Shown here: piece after piece, positions 42,165 through 51,544 of the stretch
How positions within the stretch are numbered: position 1 is the first letter of the stretch
Layout: each line of letters begins with the position of its first letter
Assembly (NCBI GenBank): GCA_041484665.1
Contig: JBGPIA010000004.1
Coordinates: 160,001-224,000, forward strand
DNA from: Candidatus Krumholzibacteriia bacterium
GTDB taxonomy: Bacteria > Krumholzibacteriota > Krumholzibacteriia > JAJRXK01
DNA: 64,000 nt
Reading direction: 5' to 3'
Program-made: the position numbers and the translations under genes
Notes under the pieces: generated by a model
Told to the model about the DNA's origin: nothing
The model's input: only the letters and a program-made list of their open reading frames with translations
The model's database searches: none

Positions 42165-42299
42165 TCAATGGTTGAGCATGTACAAGCCCACGACCAACAG
42201 CGACAGTGCATCAGCCCACAACAGTGGCGTGCTCCGCCCGCTTGCCTTCCACGTCCCTACCAAGCCGACCCCCAAACCCGCCACACTCAGAGACAGCAT
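42165..42299 (-). CDS. Possible small two-TM membrane protein or remnant (44 aa)
   Basis: MLSLSVAGLGVGLVGTWKASGRSTPLLWADALSLLVVGLYMLNH; the upstream GGAGG-TTG start is cut off by an in-frame TGA. Confidence 0.35.
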   Translation of the reverse strand: MLSLSVAGLGVGLVGTWKASGRSTPLLWADALSLLVVGLYMLNH

Positions 42300-42328
42300 C
42301 GCTGCGGCGACTCAGCGGATGTTTGCGC

Positions 42329-42553
42329 TCAATAAGAGTTGCCTCCAATTTTATCGCGGTCCAGGACTCTGGCGTCCATGTGGAATGTGGCGAGGCGGAG
42401 CAGGAAACGCCCGATCGACGGCTCCTCTCACATGATGTCGACATTGGTGATCCAGGACGGGACGGACACGAGATCCGCCGAGCCTTCCCCGACGACTTGA
42501 TTGGCGACGTTGCCGGCCTCGCTCCTGGCGTAGCGTGTCTCTGGGTACTGCAC
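42329..42553 (-). pseudogene. N-terminal remnant of a LipJ-like alpha/beta hydrolase (often fused to an adenylate cyclase or LuxR domain)
   Basis: VQYPETRYARSEAGNVANQVVGEGSADLVSVPSWITNVDIM*EEPSIGRFLLRLATF. The Trp expected in MWEEP is TGA at 42428-42430. Confidence 0.75.
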
Positions 42554-42652
42554 AGCAGTCGTCTGGTTTCCCTGACGGCCCAACTTGAATTGGCCGGAAC
42601 ACGCCATTCTCCCGCCCGTGGCGCCACCACGCCGTGCGCTCCCCCCGGCGCC

Positions 42653-43684
42653 TCACGGCTTTGTCGCGACACCCGCCCCCACGCGGCGCATCAGCATCGC
42701 CTTCTCCTTCTCCGGGAGAAACGCTGAGTCCACCGCCGTCCGCTGCCACCGCGCCAGCTCCGCTGTGGTCGCCCCCCACTCCACCGCCACCGCCCGCTCG
42801 CCCAAGAGCGAGCTCTCGAAAAACGCTGGGTCGTCGCTGCCCAACGCGATCCGCACCCCCGCCCTCGCCAGCCGCAGCAACGGATGTGGTCCCCCGCGCT
42901 GGGCCGGGTCCCAAGCCGCCGTCCGCAAGTTGCTCGTGGGACACACCTCCAGAACGACGTCGCGGCACACCAGATCGGCGACGAGTTTGGGATCCTCGAT
43001 GGCGCTGATGCCATGACCGATGCGCGTCACGCGCAGCTCTTCGTGCGCCTCGCGCACGGCCTGCGGCGATGTCCCCTCGCCGGCGTGGCAGGTGACGCCG
43101 AGCCTCGCCTCCCGCGCACGGTCGAACACGCCGCGGAAGTCCGCCGCCGGCAGCGCCCGCTCGTCGCCACCCATCCCGAACCCGACGATTCGGCAGTCGC
43201 CCGCCAGCTCGCGCGCGACGTCGACCACCCGCTGCGCCGCGGCCGGTCCCAGCTGCCGCGTGGCGTCGGCGATGAAGCGCACGTCGGGCCCGCCCACCCT
43301 GGCGCGCGCGCCCGCGACCGCCGCCAGGTGCGGCAACACCCGCGCGGGATCGATTCCTGCCAGGAGCATCTGCCCCACCGAGACGAACGCCTCGGCGTAG
43401 ACGACATTCTGGCGCTCCAGCGCGCCGAGCAGGTCCTCCAGCACCTCGCCGTAGACCTGCGGGCCGTCCAGCAGCCGCGTCATCCACCCGAACAGCTTCA
43501 GGAACTCCGGCAGGGTCGAAAAACGCCAGCCGGCGGGCGTCAAGCCGCCCGCGGGCGGCGGGGGCACGCCCTTTGCCCTCGCCCACAAGGCGGAGGCACG
43601 CGTGGCCGTAATCGCGCCCTCCAGATGGAGATGCAACTCCACCAGCGGAGGTCCGGCGGAAGGATCTGCCTGTGTGGAGGTCAA
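42653..43684 (-). CDS. add: Adenosine/adenine deaminase family metallohydrolase
   Basis: VELHLHLEG, CHAGE, RIGHG, LEVCPTSN, GSDDP. Start set at the TTG at 43684. Confidence 0.9.
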   Translation of the reverse strand: MTSTQADPSAGPPLVELHLHLEGAITATRASALWARAKGVPPPPAGGLTPAGWRFSTLPEFLKLFGWMTRLLDGPQVYGEVLEDLLGALERQNVVYAEAFVSVGQMLLAGIDPARVLPHLAAVAGARARVGGPDVRFIADATRQLGPAAAQRVVDVARELAGDCRIVGFGMGGDERALPAADFRGVFDRAREARLGVTCHAGEGTSPQAVREAHEELRVTRIGHGISAIEDPKLVADLVCRDVVLEVCPTSNLRTAAWDPAQRGGPHPLLRLARAGVRIALGSDDPAFFESSLLGERAVAVEWGATTAELARWQRTAVDSAFLPEKEKAMLMRRVGAGVATKP

Positions 43685-43728
43685 TTCTGTCCGCCTCTTC
43701 GTCCTCTGCGCCGCGCTGGGAGCACCGG

Positions 43729-45624
43729 ATGCCGCGTTCGTTGGGCCTCGTCCTCGTCGAAGCCGGTCACCTCGACCGCGCCGCGCTGGACGCGTTGCAG
43801 CGCGAGACGGGCGGCGATGACCGCGCACTGGCGGCCCGCCTGCTGGAGCGCGGCCTCGTCGACCGTGCGGCCCTGCTGAAGGCACGCGCCAAGGCTCTGG
43901 GCGTCTCGGCGGTCGAGATCGATCCCTACAGTATCGACCCGGCGATCGTCGAGATCGTTCCCGAGCAGCTGGCGCGCCGGATCAGGGCCATCGCGCTGTT
44001 CCGCGTCGGCATGGACCTCACGCTGGCCATGGCCGACCCCTCCGACATCGTGGCCATCGACCTCGCGCGCGACGCGACCGGCTGCGAGATCCAGCCGGTG
44101 CTCGCCGCCGAGGAGGACATCCAGCGCGCCATCGCCCTCTACTACGACATCGACGTCTCGATCCGCAACCTGGCCGCCGAGGAGACGGGCATCCTCGATA
44201 GCGGCGCGGGGGCGGAGCACCCCGGGTCGGCCCAGGAGCTGACGCTCGAAGACATGCCGGCCGACGGCGCGCCCGTCGTGCGCATGGTGAACCTCGTCCT
44301 GCTGAAGGCCGTGCGCGGCGGCGCCAGCGACATCCACATCGAGCCCGACAGCGACGGCCTGCGGATCCGCTACCGCGTCGACGGCCGCCTGCGCGAGGAG
44401 CACAAGCTGCCGCTGGCGCTGCACGCGGCGCTGGTGAGCCGCATCAAGGTGCTCGCCGATCTCGACCTGGCCCAGAAGCGCCTGCCGCAGGACGGCCGCC
44501 TCAGCATCAAGGCCGAGAGTCGCAAGATCGATCTGCGCATCAGCACGCTGCCCACCATCAAGGGCGAGAAGGTCGTGATGCGACTGCTGGACAAGGGCAG
44601 CGCCATGCCCAGCATCGACACCCTCGGCCTGTCGGCCGCCAACCTGCAGCACTGGAAGCAGCTCATCGACCGGCCCAACGGCATCGTGCTGGTCACCGGC
44701 CCCACGGGCAGCGGTAAGACCACCACGCTGTACGCCTCGCTGCTGGCCATCAACACCCTCGACCGCAACATCGTCACCGTCGAGGACCCCGTCGAGTACG
44801 ACTTCCCGGTGATGAACCAGGTGCAAGTGAACCCCAAGGGCGGCCTCACATTCGCCACCGCCTTGCGCAGCATCCTGCGCCAGGATCCCAACGTGGTGAT
44901 GGTCGGCGAGATCCGCGACGGCGAGACGGCCTCGATCGCCATCCGCGCAGCGCTCACGGGGCACCTCGTCGTCTCGACGCTGCACACCAACGACGCCCCC
45001 AGTGCCGCCACGCGCCTGATCGATATGGGCGTGGAGCCATACCTGCTGGCCAGCGCGCTCAAGGGGATCCTGGCCCAGCGATTGGTGCGCCGCATCTGCC
45101 CCCATTGCGTGAAGCCGGCCGCGCTGGACTCCGAGCAGGTGCCCGTGGAGCTGGGCGACTGGCTGCGGCAACAGGGCATCCAGCCCCACTGCGGCGCCGG
45201 CTGCCGCCACTGCCATGGCACCGGCTTCGCAGGTCGCGTCGCCATCCACGAGCTGCTCGTGATCGACGAGGAGATCGAGCGCTGCATCGTGCGCACGATG
45301 CCGACCGCCGACGTGCGCGCGATCGCGCGTCGGCGCGGGATGGTCGACCTGTTCAGCGACGGCATGGAGAAGGTGCGCGCGCGGCTGACCACCGCCAGCG
45401 AGGTGCTGGTGGCCACGCGCATGGGCGCCGAGAGCGACGCCGCCGGGAGCAGTGGCGACGGCCGCGGCACCGACGACCACAACAGCGGCGCCCGCAGCGC
45501 CGACGCCCGCGCCACTGACCCTCGCGCCATCGACCCGCGCAGCGTCGACCCCCGTGGCGTCGGCCCCCGCCCCAACATTCCCCTGACCCCGATCGCGGAG
45601 CCGAGCGTGCATGGCGCTGTATGA
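43729..45624 (+). CDS. GspE/PilB-family extension ATPase
   Basis: ASDIHIEP, RLPQDGR, VTGPTGSGKTTTLY, TVEDPVEY, LRQDPNVVMVGEIRD, STLHTND, tetra-Cys motif; GGGAG RBS. Confidence 0.95.
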   Translation: MPRSLGLVLVEAGHLDRAALDALQRETGGDDRALAARLLERGLVDRAALLKARAKALGVSAVEIDPYSIDPAIVEIVPEQLARRIRAIALFRVGMDLTLAMADPSDIVAIDLARDATGCEIQPVLAAEEDIQRAIALYYDIDVSIRNLAAEETGILDSGAGAEHPGSAQELTLEDMPADGAPVVRMVNLVLLKAVRGGASDIHIEPDSDGLRIRYRVDGRLREEHKLPLALHAALVSRIKVLADLDLAQKRLPQDGRLSIKAESRKIDLRISTLPTIKGEKVVMRLLDKGSAMPSIDTLGLSAANLQHWKQLIDRPNGIVLVTGPTGSGKTTTLYASLLAINTLDRNIVTVEDPVEYDFPVMNQVQVNPKGGLTFATALRSILRQDPNVVMVGEIRDGETASIAIRAALTGHLVVSTLHTNDAPSAATRLIDMGVEPYLLASALKGILAQRLVRRICPHCVKPAALDSEQVPVELGDWLRQQGIQPHCGAGCRHCHGTGFAGRVAIHELLVIDEEIERCIVRTMPTADVRAIARRRGMVDLFSDGMEKVRARLTTASEVLVATRMGAESDAAGSSGDGRGTDDHNSGARSADARATDPRAIDPRSVDPRGVGPRPNIPLTPIAEPSVHGAV

Positions 45625-46822
45625 CTACATCGCGCTGACAGCCTCCGGCGAGGAGGTGCACGGCGTGCTGCAGGGCCCCAGCCCGGCCTGGGTCGGCACG
45701 CACCTGCGCCAGCGTCAGCTCGTTCCCCTCGAGGTCACGCCTGCGCGGCCGCGCGAGGGGTCGCTGGCGCAGCTGCGCCGCCACCTGCCCGTCACCCCCG
45801 ACGACCTTGCGCTTCTGAGCAGCCAGTGCGCCGTGATGCTGGAGGCCGGCGTCCCGATCGTCGCCGCCCTGGAGCTCTTGGCCGACAACAACTCGAAGGT
45901 CCGCCTGCGCAACGGCCTGCAGCAGGCGGTCGGCGTGGTGCGCGACGGCGGCAGCTTGCACGAGGGGCTGACGCAAAGCCGTCTCTTCCCCGGCGTCTAC
46001 CTCGACATGATCCGCGCGGCGGAGACCGGCGGCACGCTTGCGCGGACCATGAAGCAGCTGGCGACCTACCTCGACCGCGAGTGCGAGATGCGCGGCAAGC
46101 TGCAGAAGGCTCTCGCCTACCCCGCGTTCCTGGTGGTGCTCAGCCTGGGGGTGGTCACCTTCCTCCTGGTCGCCATCATCCCGCGCTTCACGCACATCCT
46201 CGCCAACCTGGGCGTACAGCTGCCCTGGCCCACGCGCGCGCTGATCGCCCTGAGCAAGGTGGTCACGCGGGGCTGGCCATTGCTGCTGCTGCTGGCCGTG
46301 GGCGGCATCGCCGCCGTCGCATGGGCGGTGCGCGACCCGCGCGCACGCGCGCGCCTGGACGCCGCTCTGCTGCGGCTGCCCCTGCTTGGCGAGCTGGTGG
46401 CCAAGAACGCGCTGGCGCGCATGACCTACGTGCTGAGTTCGCTGCTGTCGGCGGGCATCCCGCTGGCGGAAGCCATGGCGGTGAGCGCGTCGACCGCGGG
46501 CAACCGCAGCCTCGCCGCGGCGCTCGCCCGCGCCCGCCGCGAGATCCTCACCGGCGCTAGCATTTCGGAGGCGCTGGCCACCACGGGCGCGTTTCCACCG
46601 CTGGTGATCCAGATGGTCGTGATCGGTGAGAGCGCGGGCAACCTCGACATGGTGCTCGCCCGCGTATGCGACCTCTACGACCAGCAGGTGGACCGGGTCA
46701 TGCGCACGGTCGTCTCACTGGTGGAGCCGTCACTGATCGTCGTCTTGGGCGGCGTCGTCGGGTTCATTGCGCTGTCGTTGGTGCTGCCGATGGTCAAGGC
46801 CGTCTCGGCCATCGGCGGATAG
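45611..46822 (+). CDS. GspF/PilC-family inner membrane platform protein
   Basis: MLEAGVPIVAAL, AAETGGTL, ALAYP, GESAGNL, SLVEP; three TM segments. Confidence 0.93.
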   Translation: MALYDYIALTASGEEVHGVLQGPSPAWVGTHLRQRQLVPLEVTPARPREGSLAQLRRHLPVTPDDLALLSSQCAVMLEAGVPIVAALELLADNNSKVRLRNGLQQAVGVVRDGGSLHEGLTQSRLFPGVYLDMIRAAETGGTLARTMKQLATYLDRECEMRGKLQKALAYPAFLVVLSLGVVTFLLVAIIPRFTHILANLGVQLPWPTRALIALSKVVTRGWPLLLLLAVGGIAAVAWAVRDPRARARLDAALLRLPLLGELVAKNALARMTYVLSSLLSAGIPLAEAMAVSASTAGNRSLAAALARARREILTGASISEALATTGAFPPLVIQMVVIGESAGNLDMVLARVCDLYDQQVDRVMRTVVSLVEPSLIVVLGGVVGFIALSLVLPMVKAVSAIGG

Positions 46823-46908
46823 GGGCTTCCACGGAGGAAGGCAGGCCCCGGCGAGACACCAAGGACCGGGGCGTCGTCAACGAGTCGTCAACGAAAGGAA
46901 TGCGATCC

Positions 46909-47439
46909 ATGCGCTCGATGCGAAACGGAAGCCGCGGGTTCAGCCTTGCGGAAGTGCTGATCGTGATCGCCTTGCTGGGCATCCTCGCCACGGTCGTGCT
47001 GCTGAACCTCGGCGGCTCCGACACCAAGGCCAAGGAATCGGCACTCAAGTCGAACGTGGCGGCGCTGCGCACCGCCGTCGATCTCTACCGCGCCGACCAC
47101 GGCTGGAACCCGTGCAGCTCGACGGACGCGAACTACCCGTGCACGGCTGCGCAGTTCCGCAACAAGCTCACCTATTACACCCGCGACACGGGGGCCGCGT
47201 CGAAGACCTACGTCGCCGACACCTTCCGCTTCGGCCCCTATCTGAAGGAGTTCCCCACGGAGCCCTTCGGCAACTCCGATGACGTGACCATCGTGGCCGG
47301 GACCAAGCGCCTCAAGGCCGACATTGCCACGGCTGTCGCCAAGAGCAGCGCAACCGGCGGTTGGTACTACGAGGCGGACAGCGGCAACCTCGTGGCCAAC
47401 CTCGGTACCACGTTCCCGGACACGTACGCGGGGTTCTGA
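46909..47439 (+). CDS. Major type IV pilin / pseudopilin
   Basis: Class III signal RG|FSLAEVLIVIALLGILA; LRTAVDLY, GPYL; AAAGGA RBS. ATGs at 46900, 46909 and 46918. Confidence 0.9.
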   Translation: MRSMRNGSRGFSLAEVLIVIALLGILATVVLLNLGGSDTKAKESALKSNVAALRTAVDLYRADHGWNPCSSTDANYPCTAAQFRNKLTYYTRDTGAASKTYVADTFRFGPYLKEFPTEPFGNSDDVTIVAGTKRLKADIATAVAKSSATGGWYYEADSGNLVANLGTTFPDTYAGF

Positions 47440-47816
47440 TGGCCGGCCTCGGCCGGACCCGGCGCAATCCGCAGGGCTTCAGCCTGGCGGAGGTCGTGCT
47501 GGCGCTGGTGTTGCTCGGATTGCTGAGCGCGGGGGCCTCCAGCCTGGTCACCTCCGCGCTTGGCACCTCCAACGCTCAGCGCGACCAGATGATCGCGCAT
47601 CTGCTGGCGGCGCGCGAGCTGGAGACCGCGCTCGCGGGTGGTTACGGCACCTTGCCCGCGGGCACGCGTGCGGCCGCCGCGGTGGCGGGCTTCCCGCAGT
47701 ACACCGCGCGGCTCTCGGTGGCCCAGCAGGGCGCCGACCTGCGGTGGGTCCGTGTAACCGTGAGTGGGCCGGCGGCAGCCGACTCGTTGGAGACGCTGAT
47801 CGCGAATCGATCTTGA
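47439..47816 (+). CDS. Minor pilin (PilV/GspI-like)
   Basis: QG|FSLAEVVLALVLLGLL; the ATG overlaps the previous stop. Confidence 0.85.
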   Translation: MAGLGRTRRNPQGFSLAEVVLALVLLGLLSAGASSLVTSALGTSNAQRDQMIAHLLAARELETALAGGYGTLPAGTRAAAAVAGFPQYTARLSVAQQGADLRWVRVTVSGPAAADSLETLIANRS

Positions 47817-47896
47817 CCGAAGCGCCCATCGGTCGTGAGAGGAGCGTGGCCCGTGGCGGGGCAGCGCAGCGGGTGCAGACCACGGGAGGGTGCGGC

Positions 47897-48388
47897 GTGA
47901 CGCGCGCGCGCCCGCAGGCGGGATTCACCCTGGTGGAGGTACTCATCGCAACGGTCGCGATGGCGGTGCTGGCCGGCGGGGCGTACGCGCTGTTGTCGGC
48001 GGCGTTGTCGGCCGAGGGGGTGGCGCAGCGCACGCAGGCGGCCGTCGGTGGCGCGGCGCAGCTTGCCCTGGCCGTCGCGGGCGAAGTCGCGCGCTGCGAG
48101 GCCGTGCTGCACGCGGCGGGGGACTCGCTCACGCTGCGTCTGCCCGGAGGCCAGAAGGTCGCGTACGGCGCGCGCGATACCGCGGAGGCGCTGGAGGTCT
48201 ACCGCACGCGGCTGCAGGGCACGGTGTGGGTGGAGGAGCCGATGCATCCCCTGGCCAGGCTGCTGCACGCCGACGGGACGGTCCCGGCGATCGCCTTCGC
48301 CCAGGGGCCGCCCGGGGTCGTCACGTGCCGTATCACCACGGCAGGCTTCGACGGGCAGTTCGCCGCCAGCCGGTGGGTGGGCCCATGA
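47897..48388 (+). CDS. Minor pilin (PilW/GspJ-like)
   Basis: AG|FTLVEVLIATVAMAVLAGG; GGGAGG before the GTG at 47897. Confidence 0.85.
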   Translation: MTRARPQAGFTLVEVLIATVAMAVLAGGAYALLSAALSAEGVAQRTQAAVGGAAQLALAVAGEVARCEAVLHAAGDSLTLRLPGGQKVAYGARDTAEALEVYRTRLQGTVWVEEPMHPLARLLHADGTVPAIAFAQGPPGVVTCRITTAGFDGQFAASRWVGP

Positions 48389-48861
48389 GATCGAGAGCAC
48401 GAGCCGGACGGGCGCCGGCGGGGCGGCCGCGCGCATGGCGCGCACAGGACGGCAGCAGCATGGCCGTGATGCTCGTGGTGACCGTGCTGGTCTCGGCCCT
48501 GGCGCTGGCCATGGCGACGGGTCTTTCGTCGTCGACGGCGCTCTCGGACCGCAGCCGCAACGGGCGGCGCGCGGCCTACATCGCCCGCGCCGGGCTGGAG
48601 CGGACGTGCGCGCAGCAGCTCCGCGCTCGCAGCGACTGGAGCGGCTTGCCGGCCGGGTCGCTGTACGCCGATCAGGCCTTCGGAGGTGGCGCTTACGACG
48701 TGGCGCTCGCGCCGGCCGGGCGCGACACGGTGATCATCACCGCGCGCGGCCACTTCCGCGATAGCAACCGCCCGTTGGTGGTGACCGTAGCCCGCAGCCA
48801 GGCGGGCGGCATTGCCTTCGCACGCATCCGCGACACGTTCCTGCAAGGGTGGCTGCCATGA
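48385..48861 (+). CDS. PilX/GspK-like minor pilin (no Glu5)
   Basis: DG|SSMAVMLVVTVLV, RAAYIARAGLE, VIITARG; ATGA overlap. Confidence 0.8.
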   Translation: MRSRARAGRAPAGRPRAWRAQDGSSMAVMLVVTVLVSALALAMATGLSSSTALSDRSRNGRRAAYIARAGLERTCAQQLRARSDWSGLPAGSLYADQAFGGGAYDVALAPAGRDTVIITARGHFRDSNRPLVVTVARSQAGGIAFARIRDTFLQGWLP

Positions 48862-50840
48862 CGAGCGGACCGCGAGACCGATCGAGGCTGGCCCGGGTGC
48901 TGGCGGGCGCCGCCGGCGGGCGGGCCGGGCTGCGCTGGGGACGTCCCGGCGGACGCCAGGTCCTGGGGCTGGACATCGGTGCCGACGTGGTGCGCATGGC
49001 ACTGCTGGAGAAGCGCCGTGGCAAGCTCTCGGTCCTCTGGACGGAGCCCATCAGCCTGACCGAGCTCAAGGGCTTCGCCGACTTCGACGCTGTGGGGGCG
49101 CGGCTCGCCGCCGTCTTGCACGCTCGCGGAGCGGAGCACGTCGAGGTCGCCGCCATGCCGCCGTGGAGCTCGGGCCGCGTCTCCATCGAGGAGATGCCGG
49201 CCATGGGCGAACAGCGCCTGCGCAAGGCGGCGCGCTGGTACGCGGAGCGGGCGGAGGGTGACGATCCGCTCGCGCAGGTCCATCACGCCATCCCGCAGGC
49301 GACACGCCCAGGCCAGGACGGAGCCGCGGTCATGGATGCCATGCTGATCTCCATCGACCGCGTCATGCTCGACGGCCTCGACGAGATGTGCCGTCGCCTC
49401 TCGCTGCGTCTGCGCTGGGTCGTGCCCCAGCCGCTGTGCGCCGCGGCGGTGCTCCCCCTGGATCTGCGGGGGCGTCCGGTCCTGGTGGTGGACGTGGGCG
49501 CCGCGCAGACCCGCATGGCGCTCGTCGTCGATGGCTCCGTTCGGCTAGTGCGCAAGCTCAGCGCCTGCGCCAACGACACGGTGAAGGCCGTCGCTCAATC
49601 GAGCGACCTCTCCTGGGAGGACGCGAGCGCCGCCGTGCGCGCCGCCGCGGCCATGCCCGCCACGGGCACGCCAGGCGCCGGTGCACCGAGCGCCGCTGCG
49701 GTGCGCGCGGCGGGCGCCGAGCTCAAGCGCCTGGCCAAATCCCTCGGCGAGGAGATCGAGCGCAGCGCCGCCTACGTCGCCGCCCGCCACCGTGCGGAGG
49801 TCCAAGCCGTGCTGCTGACCGGCGGGCTCGGGGGCTCTCCCGCCCTGAACGCCGCGCTCCGGGAGCGCGTGACTCTCCCCTTGCGCGCGCTCGACGCGGC
49901 GCAGAGTGCGCTGCTGCGCGGCGCGCGCGCTCGGGAGCCCTTCGGCTCAGATTGCGCGTTGGCGTGCGGCGCGGCCCTGCTGGCGCTCACCGGTGGCGCG
50001 TCGATCAATCTCATGGCGCGCGGCCGCCGGCCGGCCGGCCGCGAGGCAGGCGCCCGCGCAGGAGCCCGCGCGCAGCTGGGCCTGCGTGCGGTGCTGCGCT
50101 CGCGTTGGGCCGCAGCCGCGGCCGTCCTCGCCTTGGCCGTGACCGGGAGCGAGCGGCAGCTCGTGCGCGTGCAGACGAGCGCGCGAGCCCGGCTGGCAGC
50201 GCTGCAGACGCAGGCGGAGAACCTCGACGTCCTGGCCCAGGCCGCCAGCACGCGGGACGCCGCTGTGGACCTGCGTGACCGCCTCGCCGCATTGCAGCGC
50301 GTCTACCGCCAGCGGACGGTGCTCACCCCATTGTTGGCGCGCATCGTGGCCTCACTCCCTGACGAAGTGTGGCTCACCGCGATGGGCGTCGAGCGCACCG
50401 CCACAGCCGCCGACAGCACCGCCGGCGACGCCGGGCCCGCAGGAGCCGATGGCGCGGAGGGTACGGAAGGCGCGCCGGCGGCGGCGCACGTGTCCGGGGG
50501 CGCGGGCGCGTCGCTCGCGCTGCACTTGTCAGGCCGCGCACGGCGCGTCGAGCCCATCGCCGAGCTGGTCGTCAGCCTGGAGTCCAACGCTTTGTTGTCC
50601 CGCATCCAAGCCCTCGACATCCGGGAGGAGCTGGTGGGCGAGCCGGGCCGCCAGAGCCGCGTCTTCACCTTCGAGATCCAGGCGGTGCCCGCTCGCGCAG
50701 CGGATGCAGTGCTGGTCGCCGGCGGCGCGCCCGCCGCGAACGGCGTGCAGGTCGCGCACGAGGTACCGGTCGCTCCTGACGCGCAGGCTGGGCGCGAGCT
50801 ACCTGACGCGTGCGGCGCGCACGACACGCCCGCGCGCTGA
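48858..50840 (+). CDS. PilM-PilN fusion (actin-like domain, TM, PilN-like periplasmic domain)
   Basis: PilM: LGLDIG, VVDVGAAQT, LLTGG. Then INL, a TM and a coiled coil. PilN: ASLPDEVWLT, LHLSGRA. Confidence 0.82.
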   Translation: MTSGPRDRSRLARVLAGAAGGRAGLRWGRPGGRQVLGLDIGADVVRMALLEKRRGKLSVLWTEPISLTELKGFADFDAVGARLAAVLHARGAEHVEVAAMPPWSSGRVSIEEMPAMGEQRLRKAARWYAERAEGDDPLAQVHHAIPQATRPGQDGAAVMDAMLISIDRVMLDGLDEMCRRLSLRLRWVVPQPLCAAAVLPLDLRGRPVLVVDVGAAQTRMALVVDGSVRLVRKLSACANDTVKAVAQSSDLSWEDASAAVRAAAAMPATGTPGAGAPSAAAVRAAGAELKRLAKSLGEEIERSAAYVAARHRAEVQAVLLTGGLGGSPALNAALRERVTLPLRALDAAQSALLRGARAREPFGSDCALACGAALLALTGGASINLMARGRRPAGREAGARAGARAQLGLRAVLRSRWAAAAAVLALAVTGSERQLVRVQTSARARLAALQTQAENLDVLAQAASTRDAAVDLRDRLAALQRVYRQRTVLTPLLARIVASLPDEVWLTAMGVERTATAADSTAGDAGPAGADGAEGTEGAPAAAHVSGGAGASLALHLSGRARRVEPIAELVVSLESNALLSRIQALDIREELVGEPGRQSRVFTFEIQAVPARAADAVLVAGGAPAANGVQVAHEVPVAPDAQAGRELPDACGAHDTPAR

Positions 50841-50866
50841 GCCGTGCGCAACGAGAAGAGGTCCCG

Positions 50867-51544
50867 ATGGCTGCACTGCGTGGACCGAGAGGGTTGAGCC
50901 CCGTGACCCGGGCCCTCGCCGTGGCCGTGTTGCTGGGCTGCGGCGGGAGCGCCTACTACGGGCACCGCCTGCGACCCGCGAGGGTGGAGCTGGCGCACCT
51001 GCGACAGCAGTCCGGCGCGCTGCAGCGCCGCATCTCCGACGCCCACGACTTGGTCGAGACGCTGCGCAGCGAGCGCAACGAAGCGCGCCAGTGGGTCGGC
51101 TACGGGCTGATCCTGCAGGCCCAGACACCGGGGCGCTCGCTGCGGGAACTGCTGCTGCGCTGCGGGGCGGGCGACGGTCCCCGCGTACAGGTGCGCGAGG
51201 CACACTTCGAGCCGGCGCCCGTAGCGCAAGGATTCGCGCGCATGCGCTTCCACCTGGTGGTGACGGGCACGGCGCTGGAGCAGCTGCAATTGTTGCGCGA
51301 CCTGGACGCGGCGTTTCCGCCCGTCGAGCTGGAGAGCGCGGAGCTCACCTCGGAGCCACCCGCCGTGACACCCGGCACGGCCGGGGCGTTCAGCACGACG
51401 GCGGTGGCCGGGATGTCCGGCCCTTCGCGCGGGTCCACCGGGCTCGACAAGCTCGCGCGCATGGCCGACGCGCTCCCGGGGGGCGGCGCCGCTGGACGCG
51501 TCGTCCAGACGGAGCTGAGAGGCTACGTATATGAACCAAACTGA
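50867..51544 (+). CDS. PilO/GspM-like protein
   Basis: N-terminal TM, coiled coil and a ferredoxin-like alpha/beta pattern; operon position; GAGG RBS. Confidence 0.65.
   Translation: MAALRGPRGLSPVTRALAVAVLLGCGGSAYYGHRLRPARVELAHLRQQSGALQRRISDAHDLVETLRSERNEARQWVGYGLILQAQTPGRSLRELLLRCGAGDGPRVQVREAHFEPAPVAQGFARMRFHLVVTGTALEQLQLLRDLDAAFPPVELESAELTSEPPAVTPGTAGAFSTTAVAGMSGPSRGSTGLDKLARMADALPGGGAAGRVVQTELRGYVYEPN

Noticed and set aside
35242..42430. TGA recoding (Trp, Gly or Sec) suggested by several in-frame TGAs
   Set aside because: Many intact genes end in TGA, often with ATGA/GTGA overlaps, and use TGG for Trp. The interrupted ORFs are otherwise decayed, and none has TGA at a catalytic Cys position.
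40300..42650. Prophage, IS or integron as the cause of the decayed patch
   Set aside because: No integrase, transposase, terminal repeats or attC-like sites were recognised.
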